Shown piece by piece: positions 58,583 through 64,000 of a DNA stretch of 64,000 nucleotides. Source of the stretch: Malacoraja senta (lineage: Eukaryota); NCBI GenBank assembly GCA_038087875.1, contig CM075989.1:372001-436000 (forward strand). The letters run 5' to 3'. A program made the position numbers and the translations under genes. How positions within the stretch are numbered: position 1 is the first letter of the stretch; each line of letters begins with the position of its first letter. The notes under the pieces are model-generated. The model worked only from the letters and a program-made list of their open reading frames with translations. It did not search any database and had not been told where the DNA came from.

Positions 58583-58885
58583 CTGGACGTGGCGCTGATG
58601 GATGAAAGGCCGAAGCAAAGAAGTCGAAGCTAAAGAACCGAATGGAAACGAGGCCAAAACACCAATAAACCGAAAGAGTACGAAGACGAAACGCCTGCTA
58701 ACCGAAAGGATGAGACGCCTAAATGTCCACTAACCGAAAGGGCGGGACGCCTAAAAGCCAATGAACCTAAAAGCTGCATCGCCGAAAAGCAAACTTACCA
58801 AATGGCCGCTCTGTCGAAACGCCACCTACCCAAAAGGCGGTGTCGCCTACAAGCCAACGGACAGTCTGCCCCTCAACAGAAAAGT
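58583..58885. repeat. Degenerate short-period CCGAA/CCTAA repeat, probably part of a non-autonomous DNA element
   Basis: CCGAA-like cores recur at roughly 15-bp (or multiple) spacing. Confidence 0.5.
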
Positions 58886-58889
58886 CCAA

Positions 58890-60468
58890 TAATCTCCCTT
58901 GTGCCAGGGTCTGGAATGTGTCTGAACGTGTCCAAGATATCCTGAAATGGGAGGGAGAGGAGCCCAAGGTCGTGGTACATATAGGTACCAATGACATAGG
59001 TAGAAAAAGAGAAGAGGTCCTGAAAGGAGAATTTAGGGAGTTAAGAAGAGAGTTAAGGAGATGGACCGCAAAAGTAACAATCTCAGGATTACTGCCTGTG
59101 CCACGCAACAGTGAGAGTAGGAATGGAGTGAGGTGGAGGATAAATGCGTGGCTGAAGGGCTGGTGCAGAGGGCAGGGATTTAAGTATCTGGATCATTGGG
59201 ACCTCTTTTAGGGAAGGTGTGACCTGTACAAAAAGGACGGGTTGCACTTGAACCCGAGAGGAACCATTATCCTGGAGGGGAGATTTGCAAAGGCTACTGG
59301 GGATACTTTAAACTAGAATGGTTGGGGGGAGCGGCTCAAATAGAGAAAGCTAGTAGACAGTGTGTGAGGCAGGAGGCAGAGAAGGGAAGCACTCAGACCC
59401 AACATGTAGGTTGGAAAGAAGAAAAAGATATTAAACAGAGAATAGGAGGTAGTGGGTTTCTTAAATGTGTATATTTTAATGCTAGGAGCATTGTAAGAAA
59501 GGTGGATGAGCTTAGAGCCTCAAAAATATAAAAGTGGATAAGGCTCCAGGTCCTGACAGGATATTCCCTCGGACATTGAGGGAAGTTAGTGTAGAAATAG
59601 CAGGGGCTATGTCAGAAATATTTCAAATGTCATTAGAAATGGAAATGGTGCCGGAGGATTGGCGTACTGCGCATGTTGTTCCGTTGATTAAAAAGGGTTC
59701 TAAGAGTAAACCTAGCAATTATAGACCTGTTAGTTTGACGTCAGTGGTGGGCAAATTAATGGAAAGGATACTTAGAGATAATATATATAATCATCTGGAT
59801 AAACAGGGTCTGATTAGGAACAGTCAACATGACTTTGTGCCTGGAAGGTCATATTTGACTAAACTTCTTGAATTTTTTGAAGAGATTACCAGGGAAATTT
59901 ATGAGGGTAAAGCGGTGGATGTTGTCTATATGGACTTCAGTAAGGCCTTTGACAAGGTTCCACATGGAAGGTTGGTTAAGAAGGTTCAATTGTTGGGTAT
60001 AAATAGTGGAGTAGCAAGATGGATTCAATAGTGGCTGAATGGGAGATACCAGAGAGTAATGGTGGATAACTGTTTGTCCGTTTGGAGGCCGGTGACTAGT
60101 AGGGTGTCTCAGGGATCTGTTGGGTCCACTGTTTTGTCACATACATCAATGATCTGGATGATGGTGTGGTAAATTGGATTAGTAAGTATGCAGATGATAC
60201 CAAGATAGGTGGTGTTGTGGATAATGAAGTAGGTTTTCAAAGTCTACAGAGAGATTTTGGCCATTTCGAAGAGTAGGCTGAAAGATGGCAGATGGAGTTT
60301 AATGCTGATAAGTGTGAGGTGCTACACCTTGGCAGGACAATTCAAAATAGGGCGTAAATGGTAAATGGTAGTGAATTGAGGAATGCAGTTGAACAGAGGG
60401 ATCTAGGAATAACTGTGCATAGTTCCCTGAGGGTGGAATCTCATGTAGATAGGGTGGTAAAGGAAGCT
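58890..60468 (+). mobile_element. CR1 family A fragment with large internal deletion at ~59520
   Basis: ORF1 esterase (VHIGTND) and EN start YFNARSIVRKVDELRA jump directly to DKAPGPD of the RT region. Confidence 0.9.
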
Positions 60469-60794
60469 CCCCCTTCTCTCTCCCCTCTTCTCTCTCAACC
60501 CCCTCCCTCACTCCCTTCTCACTCTCCCCTTCTCTCTCTCCTCCTCTCTCTCCCCTCTTCTCTCTCTCCTCCTCTCTCTCCACTTCTCTCTCTCCTCCTC
60601 TCTCTCCCCTCTTCTCTCACTCCTCTCTCTCCCCTCTTCTCTCTCTCCCCTCTCTCCCTCTCTTCTCTCTCTCCCCCTTCTCTCTCTCTTCCTCTCTCTT
60701 CCCCTCCTCTCTCTCCCCCCTCTCTCTCCTCTCTCCCTCCCTTCTCTCTCTCCCCCTTCTCTCTCTCCTCCTCTCTCACTCCTCCTCTCTCTCT
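60469..60794 (+). repeat. Irregular polypyrimidine (CT-rich) tract
   Basis: Reverse complement of 4671-4993. Confidence 0.95.
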
Positions 60795-63700
60795 CCGCCA
60801 TTCATTGTGGTCATGCCTGATCGTCCCCTATCAATAACCCGTGCCTGCCTTCTCCCCATATCCCTTGATTCCACTAGCCCCTAGCGCTCTATCTAACTCT
60901 CTCTTAAATCCATCCAGTGACTTGGCCTCCACTGCCCTCTGTGGCAGGGAATTCCATAAATTCACAACTCTCTGGGTGAAAAAGTTTTTTCTCACCTCAG
61001 TCGTAAATGCCCTCCCCTTTATTCTAAGACTGTGTGGCCCCTGGTTCTGGACTCGCCCAACATTGGGAACATTTGTCCTGCATCTAGCTTGTCCAGTCCT
61101 TTTATAACTTTATATGTTTCTATAAGATACCCCTCATCCTTCTAAACTCCAGTGAATACAAGCCAAGTCTTTTCAATCTTTCCTAACATCCCAGGGATCA
61201 ATCTCGTGAACCTACGCTGCACTGCCTCAATCACAAGGGTGTCCTTCCTCAAATTAGGAGACCAAAACTGTACACAATACTCCAGATGTGGTCTCACCAG
61301 AGCCCCATACAAATGCAGAAGGACCTCTTTACTCCTATGCTGAAATCCTCTTGTTATGAAGGCCAACATTCCATTAGCTTTCTTCACGGCCTGCTGAACG
61401 TGTAAGCCGACTTTCAGTACAAGGACGCCCAGGTCTCGCTGCACCTCCCCCTTACCTAACCTAACCCCATTGAGATAATAATCTGCCCCCTTGTTTTTGC
61501 CGCCAAAGCGGATAACCTCACATTTATCTATATTAATCTGCATCTGCCACGCATCTACCAACTCACTCACTGTCCAGGTCACCCTGCAACCTCCTAACTT
61601 CCTCTTCACAGCTCACACTGCCACCCAGCTTTGTGTCATCCGCAAACTTGCTAGTGTTGCTCCTAATTCCCTCTTACAAATCATTAATATATATGGTAAA
61701 CAGTTGCGGCCCCAACAACGAGCCTTGCAGCACTCCACTCGCCACTGCTTGCCATTCTGAAAAGGACCCGTTCACCCCTACACTTTGCTTCCGGTCTGCC
61801 AACCAATTTTCTATCCATGTCAACACCCTACCCCCAATACCATGTGCTCTAATTTTAGTCACCAGTCTCCCGTGCGGGACTATATTAAAGGCTTTCTGAA
61901 AGTCTAGATACACTACATCCACTGGCACCGCTTCATCCATTTTACATGCCACATCCTCAAAAAATTCCAGAAGATTAGTCAAACATGCTTTCCCTTTCAT
62001 AAATCCATATTGACTTGGACTAATCCTTTTACTGTATCCAAATGCCCCATTATTACCTCTTTAATAATTGACTCCAGCATCTTTCCCACCACCGAAGTCA
62101 GGCTAACGTGTCTGAAATTCCCCGTTTTCTCTCTTGCTCCTTTCTTGAAAAGTGGGATAACATTAGCTCTCCACCAATTCACAGGAACTGATCCTGAATC
62201 TATTGAACATTGGAAAATGATCACCAATGCGTCCAATATTTCTAGTGTCACCTCTCTAAGGACCCTGAGATGCAGACCACCTGGCCCAGGGGATTTATCA
62301 TCCTCCAGTCCCATTAGCATACCCAATGCTATTTCTCGCCTAATGAAAATCTCTTTCTGTTTGTCTACCCCCTTAGATCCTCTGTCCTCCAGTACATCTG
62401 GGAGATTGTTTGTGTCTTCCTCAGTGAAGACAGATCCAAAGTACCTATTCAACCTGCCATTTCTTTGTTGCCCATAATAATTTCACCCGTGTCTGCCTTC
62501 AAGGGACCCACATTTGACTTTGTTACTCTTTTTCCCTTAACATATCTACAGAAGTTTTTACTGTCCTTTATGTTCCTGGCCAGCTTCCCTTCGTACTTCA
62601 TCTTTTCAGCCCGTATTGCCCGTTTTGTTTCCTTCTGTTGTCCCATGAAAGTTTCCCAATCCACTGGCTTCCGGCTACTCTTTGCAGTGTTATACATCTT
62701 TTCTTTTAGTTTTATTCTATCCCTAACTTCTCTTGTCAGCCACGGTTGCCTCCTACTCCCCGTAGAATCTTTCTTCCTTTTTGGAATGAAATGATCCTGC
62801 GTCTTCCGGATTATGCCCAGAAATTCCTGCCATTGCTGTTCCACCGTCATTCCTGCTGGGATCCCTTTCCAGTCCACCTTGGCCAGCTCCCCTCTCATGC
62901 CTTCATAGTCCCCTTTGTTTTTACTGCATCACTGACACTTCCGATTTAACCTTCTCCTTCTCAAATTGCAGATTAAAACTAATCATATTATGATCACTAC
63001 CTCCAAGCGGTTCCTTTACCTCGAGTTCTCTTGTCATATCTGGTTCATTGGACATCACTAAATCCAGAATTGCCTTTTCTCTGGTCGACTCCATTACAAG
63101 CTGCTCTAAGAATCCATCTTGGAGGCATTCTACAAACTCTCTTTCTTGGGGTCCTGAACCAACCTGATTTTCCCAGTCTACCTGCATATTGAAATCCCCC
63201 ATCACCATTGTGGCATTACCTTTGTTACATGCCAGTTTTAACTCCTGCTGCAACCTACACCCTATATCCGGGCTACTATTTGGGGGTCTGTAGATAATAC
63301 CAATTAGCTTCTTCTTGCCTTTACAATTCCTCAACTCAATCCACAGTGACTCTACCTTGTCAGTCCCTATGTCTTCCCTCGCAAGGGACTGAATTCCATC
63401 CCTCACCAGCAGAGCTACCCCCCCCCTCCTCTGCCCACCTGCCTGTCCTTTCTATAGGATGTATAACCCTGAATATTAAGTTCACAGGCGTGATCCTCCT
63501 GCAGTCACGTCTCAGTAATCCCCACAATGTCATATCTACCAACCTCTAACTGAGCCTCTTGCTCATCTACTTTACTTCTTATACTTTGCGCATTCATAAA
63601 CAATACCTTTAATTCCTTACGCATCTCACCTTTCACATCGATCCCTATTACACTTGGCCATACTCTCTTATCCCTTTGTGAGCATTTCCCGTTAATTCTG

Positions 63701-64000
63701 GGGTCATTAACTATCCTTTTACTCTCTTTCCCTTTAACTCCATCCTCGACTATCCAATTTGACACCCCGCCCCCCTTATTCAGTTTAAACCCACCCGTGT
63801 AGCAGTGGCAAACCTCCCTGCCAGAATGCTGGTCCCCACCTGTTAAGATGCAATCCGTTCCTTTTGTACAGTTCCCCCTTACTCCAAAACAGATCCCAGT
63901 GATCTAAGAATCTAAATCCCTGCCCCCTGCACCAGTTCCTCAGCCATACATTCAGGTCCCATATCTCCCTGTTCCTTCTCTCGCCAGCACGAGGAACTGG
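60795..64000 (-). mobile_element. CR1 family B (RT, EN, end of ORF1), running off the window
   Basis: ORFs 61142-63765 with RT and EN motifs (GIIYRPP, MGDFN, GGSDHN, GITET). Confidence 0.93.

Overview
Eukaryotic, repeat-dominated DNA, inferred to be a cartilaginous fish (skate/ray-like) from its repeat content: HE1/V-SINE-type SINEs, CR1 families with esterase ORF1, and Penelope remnants. Most of the window is nested mobile DNA: many CR1 LINEs, two L1s, three DIRS tyrosine-recombinase retrotransposons with recognisable ITR/ICR termini, two different ERV fragments (integrase+LTR; env-TM+LTR), SINEs and small DNA transposons. On the minus strand lies one host locus spread over ~31 kb, a 7-exon Siglec/MAG/CD22-like Ig receptor: signal peptide, V-set with the sialic-acid-binding Arg, two C2 domains, TM, and a tyrosine-motif tail ending SIYANV. 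It carries three apparent lesions: an out-of-phase C2 donor, a CR1 inside a cytoplasmic exon, and a premature TAA. It is therefore either a pseudogene or a truncated/secreted form. Structural highlights are an L1 flanked by a 1,492-bp direct duplication, a CR1/purine-tract/CR1 junction shared in inverted orientation ~56 kb apart, a putative conserved 5' intron in all three DIRS elements, and hammerhead-like motifs. All alignments were done by eye, so repeat boundaries are approximate unless a junction is quoted. CR1 family letters are local labels.
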